DNA from: Herpetosiphon aurantiacus DSM 785
GTDB taxonomy: Bacteria; Chloroflexota; Chloroflexia; Chloroflexales; Herpetosiphonaceae
DNA length: 64,000 nt
Direction of reading: 5' to 3'
Assembly (NCBI GenBank): GCA_000018565.1
Contig: CP000875.1
Location: 377,199 to 441,198 of the forward strand
A model generated the notes under the pieces. It was given only the letters and a program-made list of their open reading frames with translations, was not told where the DNA came from and did no database searches. Shown piece by piece: positions 1 to 8,696 of the stretch; the first letter of the stretch is position 1, and every line of letters begins with the position of its first letter. Made by a program: the position numbers and the translations under genes.

Positions 1-542
1 CCAAACGGTGTGAACACTTCGGTTTGCTTGCTGCGTTGTGGTGGCGGTGGTGCATCAATATCGCCAGTGTAATCGGTGGGTATTTTGCCATTGAGCAAAT
101 CGTTGCGCTCGTAGCAATCGCGAATTGTGCCGACTGTGCTGGCTTGCATCACCACCCGAAATTCGTTCAAAGTTAATGTGTTGAACACGCGGAAGGTGGC
201 AGTTGAAGCAGGCACTGGCTCGCGTTCGTATGGCTCATCGTCGCCAACTTCGGTAGGGAGCACTGGCATAGTTGGCGCTTCATCAGTCAACACGCCAGTG
301 GTGATAAATTCGACCGTCAATGTGCGATTGACTCGTTGAACGCCGCTGGGTGGATTGACCTGGCTAAGTTTGGTTTTGAGCGCGGCCAGTTGGAATGGAT
401 CGCCACTCAAACATGGTTGGGCACTGCCGCTCGTCTGGGCCGAAATTGAACTAGTGGTGATTGAAAAACTACTGGCTATTAATCCGACCGTTCCTAACAG
501 GCTCAGCGTCGAGCGCCAAAGTTGGCGAGTTTGTCGTTGCAT
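1..542 (-). CDS. Hypothetical secreted protein; only the N-terminal part is in the window and the gene continues past the window start
   Basis: Minus-strand reading frame stays open from the ATG at 540-542 to the window edge. AAGGAG RBS (revcomp of 551-556) sits 8 nt upstream. The N-terminus is hydrophobic and signal-like (LWRSTLSLLGTVGLIASSF). The plus-strand ORFs 127-339 and 355-594 on the opposite strand look spurious. Missing from the ORF track presumably because it lacks an in-window stop. Confidence 0.45.
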   Translation of the reverse strand, partial: MQRQTRQLWRSTLSLLGTVGLIASSFSITTSSISAQTSGSAQPCLSGDPFQLAALKTKLSQVNPPSGVQRVNRTLTVEFITTGVLTDEAPTMPVLPTEVGDDEPYEREPVPASTATFRVFNTLTLNEFRVVMQASTVGTIRDCYERNDLLNGKIPTDYTGDIDAPPPPQRSKQTEVFTPF

Positions 543-624
543 TGCTACACTCCTTCTTGATTCCGATGGCTGTAGCATAGCAGCCCGCCGCTGAGCAAAA
601 GTCTCATTTCGCGATCAAAAAGTC

Positions 625-1395
625 TCATTCTCCAATTGGCAACACCAAGCCATCATAGGCTAATTGAACATGCTTGGGTAGCGTGGCATGCTCAGTGTTG
701 TAATCAAGGCTATGGCTCATATGCACAAAAAAGGCCTGTTCTGGCTGAATTCGTGCTACCGCAGCCAGTGCTTGCTCAACCGTAAAGTGCAATGGATGCG
801 GTTCATGGCGCAGCGCTCCGATAATTAAGCTCTTTACGCCATGCAACATCTCAAATGTTGGCTCTGGAATATGGCTCACGTCAGTCATATAGGTCAAATC
901 GCCAATTCGAAAGCCTAAAATCTGCCAATCACCATGATCAATCGGCAAGGGAATAATCGGCACATCGCCAATCTGTAACGCTGAGCCATCAAGCAGATTC
1001 AAGCCCAAGCTCGGGCGAGTTGAAGCCGATTCGCCGCTGGCAAAGGCATAATCATATTGGTAGCGAATGCGATCGAGGGTAAATTGGTTGGCATACAGCG
1101 GTAACATTCGTTGGGTATGCAAGGTAAATGGCCGCAAATCGTCGATGCCACCAATATGGTCTTGATGCGGATGAGTGACTAAAACTGCATCGAGCTGCTG
1201 CAAATTATGGCGCAAGCCTTGAAGCCGCAAATCTGGGCCAGGATCGATCAAAATGGTTGTGGTTGGGCTTTGAATCAAGGCAGCGGTGCGGGTGCGCTGG
1301 TTGCGTGGCTCAGTTGATGTACAGACTACGCAGTCGCAGGCCAACATTGGCACGCCCATCGAGCCACCACACCCCAGAATTGTCAATTGCATCAA
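625..1395 (-). CDS. MBL-fold metallo-hydrolase (PhnP/beta-lactamase-like)
   Basis: 256 aa with HxHxDH motif 'THPHQDHIGG' plus downstream His/Asp ligands typical of the metallo-beta-lactamase fold. Confidence 0.8.
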   Translation of the reverse strand: MMQLTILGCGGSMGVPMLACDCVVCTSTEPRNQRTRTAALIQSPTTTILIDPGPDLRLQGLRHNLQQLDAVLVTHPHQDHIGGIDDLRPFTLHTQRMLPLYANQFTLDRIRYQYDYAFASGESASTRPSLGLNLLDGSALQIGDVPIIPLPIDHGDWQILGFRIGDLTYMTDVSHIPEPTFEMLHGVKSLIIGALRHEPHPLHFTVEQALAAVARIQPEQAFFVHMSHSLDYNTEHATLPKHVQLAYDGLVLPIGE

Positions 1396-1502
1396 ACCAT
1401 CTCCTTGTGCTAGTTGGGTTGCAATGCTCAGCGCATTTTAGCATGGCCTCGCCCAGTTTGCCGTTACAATGGAGTGAGCTTTGTTGATGTTTGGAGGTTG
1501 GT

Positions 1503-2267
1503 ATGAGCGCAGTAGTTGAGTTAAGCCGCGCCGAAATTGTGACAATTTGTGCTGTGGTTAGTGCAGCAAGTATTATGGGGGTTGCTCCAGCCCAAAATCC
1601 TGCTGAGCACGCTCAATTATTACAGCTTGGCGAAGCCGCACTGCGCCAACGCCAGCTTGCTCAATCCGACCAAGATGGAATGTTGATGATCGCCCGTGAT
1701 CCGCTGGCCTTGGTCGCAACCTGTGCTTACCCCCAGCGCAGTTTGATCATCCATCATGTGCAACATAATGGGTCGGTGCTGCAAGCATTTGGGCATAAAC
1801 ACGCCGATTCAGTGGTTTTCCACGAGGTGCTCAATTCCGATATGCAGCGTTTGCAGGCCTTTGGTTCGTTGGCACAACTAGCAAATTACAGCCTTGATTG
1901 GTGTGGCTACGCGGGAAGTGCTGAGTTAAGTGTGCGCTGGCATATTCAAAGCACGGTTTTGGCCGAAGCCCGTAGTTTGGTTGAACAAAGCGAGGAACAA
2001 GCTGCCCTACGAGCCTTGGGCAATTCGGGTGTTTCGGCTGAAGCAGCCATCCGTTTGATCGAGTTGTTGAGCCAACCACATACCACCACGATTTTCAATG
2101 CAGTGGTCTATCAAGGTCAGCAGGTGTTGAGCCGTGAATATAGTTTATTGCAGGCAGGCCAACACACCTTACTCATGACCCAAACTAACATTGAGCAAGA
2201 TCTCTATCAACTTGAAACGACCAGTCGCGAACGCTTGGCCAATTTGTTGATTCAATCGTTAGCATAG
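1503..2267 (+). CDS. Hypothetical protein (lysine-poor, unknown function)
   Basis: Complete ORF with GGAGG RBS 5 nt before the ATG at 1503. No recognisable motifs. Only one Lys in about 254 aa. Lies 16 bp upstream of the methyltransferase gene. Confidence 0.55.
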   Translation: MSAVVELSRAEIVTICAVVSAASIMGVAPAQNPAEHAQLLQLGEAALRQRQLAQSDQDGMLMIARDPLALVATCAYPQRSLIIHHVQHNGSVLQAFGHKHADSVVFHEVLNSDMQRLQAFGSLAQLANYSLDWCGYAGSAELSVRWHIQSTVLAEARSLVEQSEEQAALRALGNSGVSAEAAIRLIELLSQPHTTTIFNAVVYQGQQVLSREYSLLQAGQHTLLMTQTNIEQDLYQLETTSRERLANLLIQSLA

Positions 2268-2283
2268 TTTAGAAGGGCTTGGC

Positions 2284-3132
2284 GTGAATTCGCAGCAATC
2301 AAATCAGCTTATCCAAGGCGAAATGCTCGATGTTATCGGCTCAATCGCGCCTCAATCGATCAATCTGTTGTATCTTGACCCGCCATTTGCTGCTGGTCGG
2401 GTGTTTGCCGATAGCGCTGGAGCTTTTGATGATCGTTGGCAAGGTGGCTTAACTGAATATTTGGCTTGGCTTGAGCAACGTTTGGTGGCTGCTCGCCGAA
2501 TTGTGGCTGAGCATGGCTCGTTATTTTTGCACCTTGATCGGCGGGCGGTGCATTATGCCAAAGTGCTGCTTGACCAAACGTGGGGTTTCGAGTGCTTTCG
2601 CAACGAAATTATTTGGCATTACACAGGCGGCGGGCGAGCACGACGCAGTTTTTCGCATAAACACGATACAATTTTGTGGTATAGCAAACATCCGCAACAC
2701 TGGACATTTAATCTCCAAGCAATGCGTCAACCGTATAAAGCCAGCAGTGGTTTTGCCAAGGCCGGCATTCGTTCGGCGGCTGGCAAGCGTTATTTGCCGC
2801 ATCCCGATGGCACGCCCGTCGATGATGTTTGGGATATTCCGATGCTCAACCCCATGGCTGCTGAACGTTTGGGCTACCCCACCCAAAAGCCCGAACGCTT
2901 GCTGGAGCGAATTATTCTCGCAGCAAGCAATTCAGGCGATCTGGTAGCTGATCTCTGTTGTGGCTCAGGCACGACGGCGGCAGTGGCTCAGCGCCTAGGG
3001 CGATGCTGGATTGCAGCAGATCAATCGGCTGATGCCTTGGCTTTGGTGCGTGGTCGCTTGCGCCAACAAGCTGCCGAATGGCAAGAGACGCTTATCCAAC
3101 CTCAGCCAGCTTCGTTTGCTGCCAAGCGCTAA
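2284..3132 (+). CDS. DNA methyltransferase, N6-adenine/N4-cytosine beta-class (PF01555-like)
   Basis: N-terminal motif IV 'LDPPF' and C-terminal motif I 'DLCCGSGTTAAVAQRLGRCWIAADQ' (FxGSGTT) in the beta-class order. GTG start with AGAAGGG RBS. Confidence 0.8.
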   Translation: MNSQQSNQLIQGEMLDVIGSIAPQSINLLYLDPPFAAGRVFADSAGAFDDRWQGGLTEYLAWLEQRLVAARRIVAEHGSLFLHLDRRAVHYAKVLLDQTWGFECFRNEIIWHYTGGGRARRSFSHKHDTILWYSKHPQHWTFNLQAMRQPYKASSGFAKAGIRSAAGKRYLPHPDGTPVDDVWDIPMLNPMAAERLGYPTQKPERLLERIILAASNSGDLVADLCCGSGTTAAVAQRLGRCWIAADQSADALALVRGRLRQQAAEWQETLIQPQPASFAAKR

Positions 3133-3724
3133 GCGCCGTCGCAGCCACTGCTGAATCCCAATGGTGATCAATCGCTTGATCGATTAAGCCTTGCAGATTG
3201 GGGCTAAGGCTGCTTGGTTGTGCTCGCAAATGGTCGAGCGCATTGGCCAAAGCCACGATTTGGGCACTACGGGCTGGATATTTGCTGCCACGTGGAAAAC
3301 CTGTGCCATCAATCCGTTCGTGATGCTCAGCCACTAAGGGAATGAGCAAATGCAGCGTGGGATAAGCATGTAAAACATCAAGGCTTTCGTTGACATGCTG
3401 TTGATAGAGCGCAACTTCCCAATGTGGGCTACCTGGCGGTGGGCAAAACAGCAAGCTTCGTGGCATGCGGGTTTTGCCACAATCATGCAACAGTGCTGCC
3501 AACCAAATCTGCTGCCGTTCATAGGTTGGTACACCCAAACTATGGCTCATATGCCAAGCCATGTGGCCAACCCGCAGCGAATGTTGATATAGTTCATGCG
3601 AATGGCGAGCGATCGAATTTAAGATCAAATGTGCGTCGTAGGGTAATTCGGGTGAGTTTGGCATCAGGGCTGCAATGTCACGCGGGATGGAGTGCCAAAA
3701 TTCAGGAAAGCTTGTTGTGTCCAT
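3092..3724 (-). CDS. Stand-alone HD-GYP-like domain protein (putative cyclic-di-GMP phosphodiesterase)
   Basis: 'LLHDCGK' HD motif and 'HHERIDGTGFP' (HHExxDGxGYP-like). GAGGAG RBS before the ATG at 3724. The 3' end overlaps the convergent MTase gene by 41 bp. Confidence 0.7.
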   Translation of the reverse strand: MDTTSFPEFWHSIPRDIAALMPNSPELPYDAHLILNSIARHSHELYQHSLRVGHMAWHMSHSLGVPTYERQQIWLAALLHDCGKTRMPRSLLFCPPPGSPHWEVALYQQHVNESLDVLHAYPTLHLLIPLVAEHHERIDGTGFPRGSKYPARSAQIVALANALDHLRAQPSSLSPNLQGLIDQAIDHHWDSAVAATALSAWQQTKLAEVG

Positions 3725-3743
3725 GCCGCGTTCTCCTCTTCAA

Positions 3744-4133
3744 TTAAAGCATCCCTTTGCTTGATTCGATGTTGCCCCATTGCCAAGCGGTGTTGAGTGG
3801 CGCGGTTTGCAGTTGGTGTGTCATCGTAATACCTTCGATATCGCCCCATTGCCAAGCGGTGTTGAGTGGCGCGGTTTGCAGTTGTTGGGTGACGGTAATG
3901 CCTTCGATGTCGCCCCATTGCCAAGCAGTATTGAGTGGGGCAGTTTGCAGTTGTTGGGTGACGGTAATGCCTTCGATATCGCCCCATTGCCAAGCAGTGT
4001 TGGCGGCGGCTGGTGTACCAAATTGGGGTGTTTGGCTGCTTGTGAGGGCAGTGTAAACAAAACTGACAAAAATCAGGCCGAAGGTTACGAAGGCGAGAGC
4101 GATGCGGCGGCTAATCGTTGATGAATTGTACAC
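3744..4133 (-). CDS. Small secreted/membrane-anchored protein with 23-aa tandem repeats (NTAWQWGDIEGITVTQQLQTAPL)
   Basis: The ORF track extends to 4229, but an AGGAGG RBS followed 6 nt later by GTG at 4133 gives a start just before the hydrophobic segment IALAFVTFGLIFVSFVYTAL. The C-terminal part is four copies of a 23-aa repeat. Confidence 0.55.
   Translation of the reverse strand: MYNSSTISRRIALAFVTFGLIFVSFVYTALTSSQTPQFGTPAAANTAWQWGDIEGITVTQQLQTAPLNTAWQWGDIEGITVTQQLQTAPLNTAWQWGDIEGITMTHQLQTAPLNTAWQWGNIESSKGML
3775..4012. repeat. 69-bp tandem repeat, about 3.5 copies, inside a CDS
   Basis: Units starting 3775, 3844, 3913 and 3982 ('ccccattgccaagc(g/a)gt(g/a)ttgagtgg...gcagttg...ccttcgat(a/g)tcg') with few mismatches. 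Confidence 0.85.
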
Positions 4134-4345
4134 TGGGAGCCTCCTAAGCTGTATCAATTTTGGTCTGGATACAGCTTCGCTTTCGCAGTGCGACAACTCC
4201 GTGAATGGCATGCGACAGGTATGCGACAATTATTAAGTTGTTATTGAGTTGTTAGGTTTTTGTTGACTACTAAAAATTAAAAAAATCAGCCATGGTGCAG
4301 CGAACTACACACATGACTGATCGATTTAAGCCGAATAATTTTAAT

Positions 4346-5554
4346 TTATTGGCGGTTTAGTTGCCTCTGCCGTAATAACACCAGCATTGGCCATAAACAG
4401 CAACTTGCTGCCACAAACGCCGCTGGGAGTCCCATGCGACTAGCGATTAAGCCAATGATCGGGCCGCCCAGAATCTGGCCAAAGGCATCAGCTTGGCTAT
4501 TGATCGAAATAATTGTCGCACGGCTGCGACTTTCAATCAGCCGATTGAGCCAAGCACTATACAGCGGCTGAATGCTTTGACGTAGCATGCGAATGAGCAT
4601 AATCCAAAATAAGGCTATAGCAAATTGTTGGGTGAGCGCTAAACCAAGCAAGCCTGCTGCCAACAAGCCATATTGCCAGCGTAACAGCCAAATACTGCGC
4701 TCGGTGGTGTTGCTGGCTAAGCGTTTGATCACGATAACTGCCACCAAACTAGCCAAGGTTCCCAGTGCGGCGATTGCACCAAACCAGCTAACTGGCTGGA
4801 GATCAAGCCATGTTGGTAGGCCAATATTGTTGAGCAAGTGCGCTTCCCACAGCCGATCGTAGCCTTCAGAAGCGGCTCCGGCGATGGCACTCATCACCAT
4901 AATACTCAATAATACTGGTTGTCCTCGTACCGCTTGCCAACCATGGCCGAGGGTTGCGCCGAAGCGGCCCCAACTTTGGCGTTCAGCAGCTGGCGCTGGG
5001 CTAAACTGGGTTTCTGGCATAAACCAGCGAATGCTGATCGCTAAACCAACCAAAGCGAGGCCACCACCAACGATTGGCCAAACCAAGCCAATAGTTGCCA
5101 ACGCCACCCCCAGCCCGATGCCAAGCAAACTGGCGATGCTGTTGAGTTGGGCGGCCTTGAGAAACAACGCTTCAACCACTTCAACTCCGAGTTCATCGGT
5201 GATCCAAGCTTCGGTCGCGCCGCTCATGAGGGTATAACCCAAGGCCCAAACAACTTGCGCTAACAAACTGCCAACAAAACTGCCCAGCCAAACCTCGCTG
5301 AGCGCTCCCAAGCCCAAAAAGGCTACTCCCAACACGACCGACAATCGCCGACTATAGACATCGGCAACCACACCCGTGGGAATTTCTAAGGCGAAGGCGG
5401 CAGCCTCAAGCATTGTGCCAACTAAAACCAATTGCAATGGATCAAGCTGGAGCACTTGAATTCGATAGAGCATTGAGGCGGTAAAAATACAACTTAAGAG
5501 CAGTCGAGTACCAAACGATAAAACCAAATAGCTAAAACGCGCTTGCGGTTGCAC
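4346..5554 (-). CDS. MFS transporter
   Basis: About 12 predicted TM segments with two 6-TM halves and MFS-like loops. The ORF-track start is TTG directly abutting the RBS; a GTG two codons in (GCAGGAG + 6 nt) is more plausible. Confidence 0.8.
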   Translation of the reverse strand: MQPQARFSYLVLSFGTRLLLSCIFTASMLYRIQVLQLDPLQLVLVGTMLEAAAFALEIPTGVVADVYSRRLSVVLGVAFLGLGALSEVWLGSFVGSLLAQVVWALGYTLMSGATEAWITDELGVEVVEALFLKAAQLNSIASLLGIGLGVALATIGLVWPIVGGGLALVGLAISIRWFMPETQFSPAPAAERQSWGRFGATLGHGWQAVRGQPVLLSIMVMSAIAGAASEGYDRLWEAHLLNNIGLPTWLDLQPVSWFGAIAALGTLASLVAVIVIKRLASNTTERSIWLLRWQYGLLAAGLLGLALTQQFAIALFWIMLIRMLRQSIQPLYSAWLNRLIESRSRATIISINSQADAFGQILGGPIIGLIASRMGLPAAFVAASCCLWPMLVLLRQRQLNRQ

Positions 5555-5819
5555 ATGCAACTCCTGCTAAAAAAATTCAGCCCAGCTGGCTGAGCCGCAG
5601 CGCGATTACTCCCATTGACCATTAATTGACCTTTCGGGGCTATCCTTGCTGTTGCTCAACCCGAACAATGCCAGCAGCAGTTGATAGTGTTTGCATAAAT
5701 TGCCTCCAAATCAAAACAATAGCTGGTTTATACCAAGTTTTGGCGGGCTTGGCCTCGGTCTTAGGGCACATCTCCAACACAACGCTAACGTAGCAAGCTT
5801 CTCGTGGTAGGCATGGCTA

Positions 5820-5828
5820 TGCTACAAT
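5820..5828 (+). promoter_or_regulatory. Candidate extended -10 (TGcTACAAT) upstream of htpG
   Basis: TGnTACAAT at 5820-5828, about 50 nt before the htpG ATG. No convincing -35 and no CIRCE element found. Confidence 0.3.
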
Positions 5829-5878
5829 CGGCCTAGCGGTTTAAGCCCAATTAAGCGTTTTATAAGGAGTAGCGACCT

Positions 5879-7753
5879 ATGGCTGAGCAACACGATGTTG
5901 CCAATGAGCGCGAACAGTTTCAATTCCAGGCTGAAATCCAACAAGTTTTGCATATTCTGATTCACTCGCTGTATACCCACCGCGAGATTTTTGTGCGCGA
6001 ATTAATCTCGAATGCTTCCGATGCCTTGAATCGGGTGCAATTTGAGATGTTGACCAACCAAGATGTGCGCGACCCCGAGCTTGAATTGGCGATCACGTTG
6101 GAAGCCGATAAAGATGCGCGGATCATTCGGATCAGCGATACGGGTATCGGCATGACCCGCGATGATATGATCAAGAATTTGGGCACGGTGGCGCAATCTG
6201 GCGCGAAAGCCTTTTTGCAAAAGTTGGGCGAAGCCAACCCAACCAACAGCAGCGAAATTATTGGTCAATTTGGCGTAGGCTTCTACTCGGTGTTTATGGC
6301 TGCCGATGAAGTGCGGGTCACCTCGCTGTCGTATCAGCCCGATGCAACTGCTTGGCGCTGGACATCGCGCGGCGAAGCAACCTACACCTTGGAAGCAGCC
6401 GAACGCAGCGAACGCGGCACGACGATCGAAATTGTGCTCAAAGAAGATGCCGAAGAATATGCCGAACGCTGGAAACTTGACCAAATTGTGCGCCAACACT
6501 CCAATTTTGTGGCCTTCCCAATTTATTCGGCTGAGGGCGACGAAAAGAAAGTGCTCAACCAACGCACGGCGCTTTGGCGCAAGCAGCCACGCGAAGTCAC
6601 CCAAGAAGAATATAACGATTTCTATCGCCAAACCACGATGGATTTCAACGAGCCATTGAGCACAATTCACATTAGTACCGATGCTCCGGTCGATTTGCAC
6701 GCAATTTTGTTCTTGCCCGCCAAACGTGAGCAAGGCATGATGCGCCAAATTCCTGATCCAGGTTTGAAACTTTATTCGCGCAAGGTGCTGATCCAAGAGC
6801 GCAACGAAGAATTGTTGCCCAAACATCTGCGCTTTGTCCAAGGTGTGGTCGATTCGGAAGATTTGCCGTTGAATGTCTCGCGTGAAACCGTGCAAAGCAG
6901 CGGCACATTACGCCAAATTGCCAAAATTGTGACCAACAAAATTACCAAAGAAATTGAAACCTTGGCCGAAAACGATGCCGAAAAGTTTGCTGACTTCTGG
7001 CGTGAATTTGGGCCATATTTCAAAGAAGGCTTGGTTACCGATCCTGGCACGCGCAGCCAAATTGAGCCACTATTGCGCTTCCACTCGACCAGCGGCGAGG
7101 GCTTGACCAAGCTCAGCGAGTATGTTGAGCGCATGAAGGAAGGCCAAGAAGATATTTATTATGTGATTGCCGACAACGTGGAAACTGCCCGCCGTTCGCC
7201 ACATCTCGATTATTTCAACGAACGCGGCTACGAAGTGCTGTTGATGCATGAAACGATTGATAGCTTTGTCATCTCCAGTTTGCGCGATTTCCAAGGCAAA
7301 AAATTGCGCTCAGTCGATGATGCCGATATTGCGGGCGACGATGTTGAGCTAGAAGGCTCGCTCTCAGCAGCAACGCTTGGCCAACTGGGCGACCGCATCA
7401 AAGAATTATTGGGCGAGCAAATCAGCGAAGTGCGTGGCTCGAAGTTGCTGCGCAGCAACCCTGTGCGTTTGGCCGCGCCTAGCGACGATTTTGGCCGCGA
7501 TATGGATCGCATTCGGCGTATGATGGGTCAAGAATATAGCGTTCCTAGCCGAATTCTAGAACTCAACCCACGCCACGCGATTGTGCACAACTTGGCCGCC
7601 TTGCTCGATGAGCCAGATCAAGCCGAATTGTTCGAGGTTGCGGTGCAACAATTGTATGGCACGGCTTTGTTGGGCGAAGGCTTACACCCCAACCCCAGCG
7701 AGTTGATCAGCGGTGTCCATGCCTTGATCGCTGCCGCTACCAAAAAACAATAA
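5879..7753 (+). CDS. htpG: Molecular chaperone HtpG (Hsp90)
   Basis: 624 aa. N-terminal GHKL ATPase signature 'YTHREIFVRELISNASDA' and 'GQFGVGFYS'. Full-length Hsp90 architecture. AAGGAG RBS. Confidence 0.95.
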   Translation: MAEQHDVANEREQFQFQAEIQQVLHILIHSLYTHREIFVRELISNASDALNRVQFEMLTNQDVRDPELELAITLEADKDARIIRISDTGIGMTRDDMIKNLGTVAQSGAKAFLQKLGEANPTNSSEIIGQFGVGFYSVFMAADEVRVTSLSYQPDATAWRWTSRGEATYTLEAAERSERGTTIEIVLKEDAEEYAERWKLDQIVRQHSNFVAFPIYSAEGDEKKVLNQRTALWRKQPREVTQEEYNDFYRQTTMDFNEPLSTIHISTDAPVDLHAILFLPAKREQGMMRQIPDPGLKLYSRKVLIQERNEELLPKHLRFVQGVVDSEDLPLNVSRETVQSSGTLRQIAKIVTNKITKEIETLAENDAEKFADFWREFGPYFKEGLVTDPGTRSQIEPLLRFHSTSGEGLTKLSEYVERMKEGQEDIYYVIADNVETARRSPHLDYFNERGYEVLLMHETIDSFVISSLRDFQGKKLRSVDDADIAGDDVELEGSLSAATLGQLGDRIKELLGEQISEVRGSKLLRSNPVRLAAPSDDFGRDMDRIRRMMGQEYSVPSRILELNPRHAIVHNLAALLDEPDQAELFEVAVQQLYGTALLGEGLHPNPSELISGVHALIAAATKKQ

Positions 7754-7775
7754 GTCTGAATGCCCTCACCCCAAC

Positions 7776-7809
7776 CCCTCTCCCACTGCGGTGGGAGAGG
7801 GGCTTTTTG
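7776..7809 (+). terminator. Rho-independent terminator of htpG, formed by a degenerate copy of the GC-rich palindromic repeat
   Basis: Stem cccctctccc / gggagagggg with loop actgcggt, followed by cttttt. Confidence 0.7.
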
Positions 7810-7896
7810 TTAAATCCCCAACTTGCGACTGATTACGCCCCAAATCATTGTGATTATGCTGGCTATGATCAACTCTGATCGCAGACGAGGTGAACG

Positions 7897-8433
7897 ATGA
7901 GTGATGAGTTTGTGGCGTTTCCCAAAATTGCGCGGCTTTCGCGCCAAGTGATTGTGACCGAGAAAATTGATGGTACGAATGCTTGTATTGCAATCGACGA
8001 ACAAGGCCAAATACGCGCTGGCAGCCGTAGTCAATGGCTAACTGTGGAGCACGATAATTATGGCTTTGCCGTGTGGGTTGCCGCCAACCACAATGCTTTA
8101 CTTGAATTAGGCGTTGGCACGCACCATGGCGAGTGGTTTGGCCACCGAATTGGTAAGCGCCAATATGGCTTGAATGAACGGCGTTTTGCCTTGTTCAATA
8201 CTTCGCGTTGGAATGCCGAGAATCGCCCTGCTTGCTGTGAGGTTGTGCCAGTGCTCTACGATGGCGTATTTGATACTGCCAAGATTGATGCATTCTTAGA
8301 AGATTTACGGCTCAATGGTAGCCGCATGGTTGCGGGATTCATGCAGCCTGAGGGTGTGATTATCTATCATACTGCTGCCAATATTTTTTTCAAAAAGACC
8401 ATGCCCAACGATGGAGCCAAAGGTAAAACCTAA
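7897..8433 (+). CDS. Minimal RNA/DNA-ligase-like nucleotidyltransferase domain protein (PF09414-like)
   Basis: 178 aa. Motif I 'KIDGTN' (adenylated lysine), 'PEGVIIY' (motif IV-like) and 'FFKK' (motif V-like). No OB or C-terminal domain. Confidence 0.6.
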   Translation: MSDEFVAFPKIARLSRQVIVTEKIDGTNACIAIDEQGQIRAGSRSQWLTVEHDNYGFAVWVAANHNALLELGVGTHHGEWFGHRIGKRQYGLNERRFALFNTSRWNAENRPACCEVVPVLYDGVFDTAKIDAFLEDLRLNGSRMVAGFMQPEGVIIYHTAANIFFKKTMPNDGAKGKT

Positions 8434-8536
8434 ATATTACTAAAACAACAGCCTAAAATACTGCAAAAGCCACAGGATAGTTGCGTATCTGGCGGCTTTT
8501 TGCAGTTAAATTCTAAAGAAATACTTAAGATTTTAA

Positions 8537-8564
8537 TTGACTCTTTAAAAATGTATACTATTAT
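8537..8564 (+). promoter_or_regulatory. Sigma-70-type promoter for the GH26 gene
   Basis: TTGACT (8537-8542), 16-nt spacer, TATTAT (8559-8564). Lies in an AT-rich intergenic region and implies a 5'UTR of about 125 nt. Confidence 0.45.
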
Positions 8565-8696
8565 CGCTGGTGGGAATGTTCCTATATTTGCTCTGGACTC
8601 TTGGACATTCGCACGCGTAGCCATCGCATTCTCGCCTCGTTCTTACCACGATCAATACCCAATGCTGAGTGTCCTCAATCAAAGGAGATTGTCGCC

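Noticed and set aside
127-594. Plus-strand ORFs 127-339 and 355-594 at the window start
   Set aside because: They have no RBS. The opposite strand carries a longer open frame with an AAGGAG RBS and a signal-peptide-like N-terminus that runs off the window edge, so the plus-strand ORFs are most likely antisense artefacts.
1503-2267. Upstream partner of the MTase as a restriction endonuclease
   Set aside because: The protein has a single Lys and no PD-(D/E)xK, HNH or GIY-YIG-like motif, so a classical Type II REase is unlikely. It is kept as a hypothetical protein.
5561-5878. CIRCE (HrcA) element or sigma-32 promoter upstream of htpG
   Set aside because: No TTAGCACTC-N9-GAGTGCTAA-like inverted repeat is present. 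Only an extended -10 candidate was found.
6002-6895. 297-aa minus-strand ORF inside htpG (and other antisense ORFs 5962-6246, 6772-7134, 7228-7512)
   Set aside because: They are fully embedded in the unmistakable htpG reading frame. These are typical GC-rich antisense ORFs without RBS or homology.
8430-8624. 64-aa minus-strand ORF in the AT-rich spacer before the GH26 gene
   Set aside because: It lies across a predicted promoter and terminator. It has no RBS and AT-rich low-complexity coding, so it is probably non-coding.
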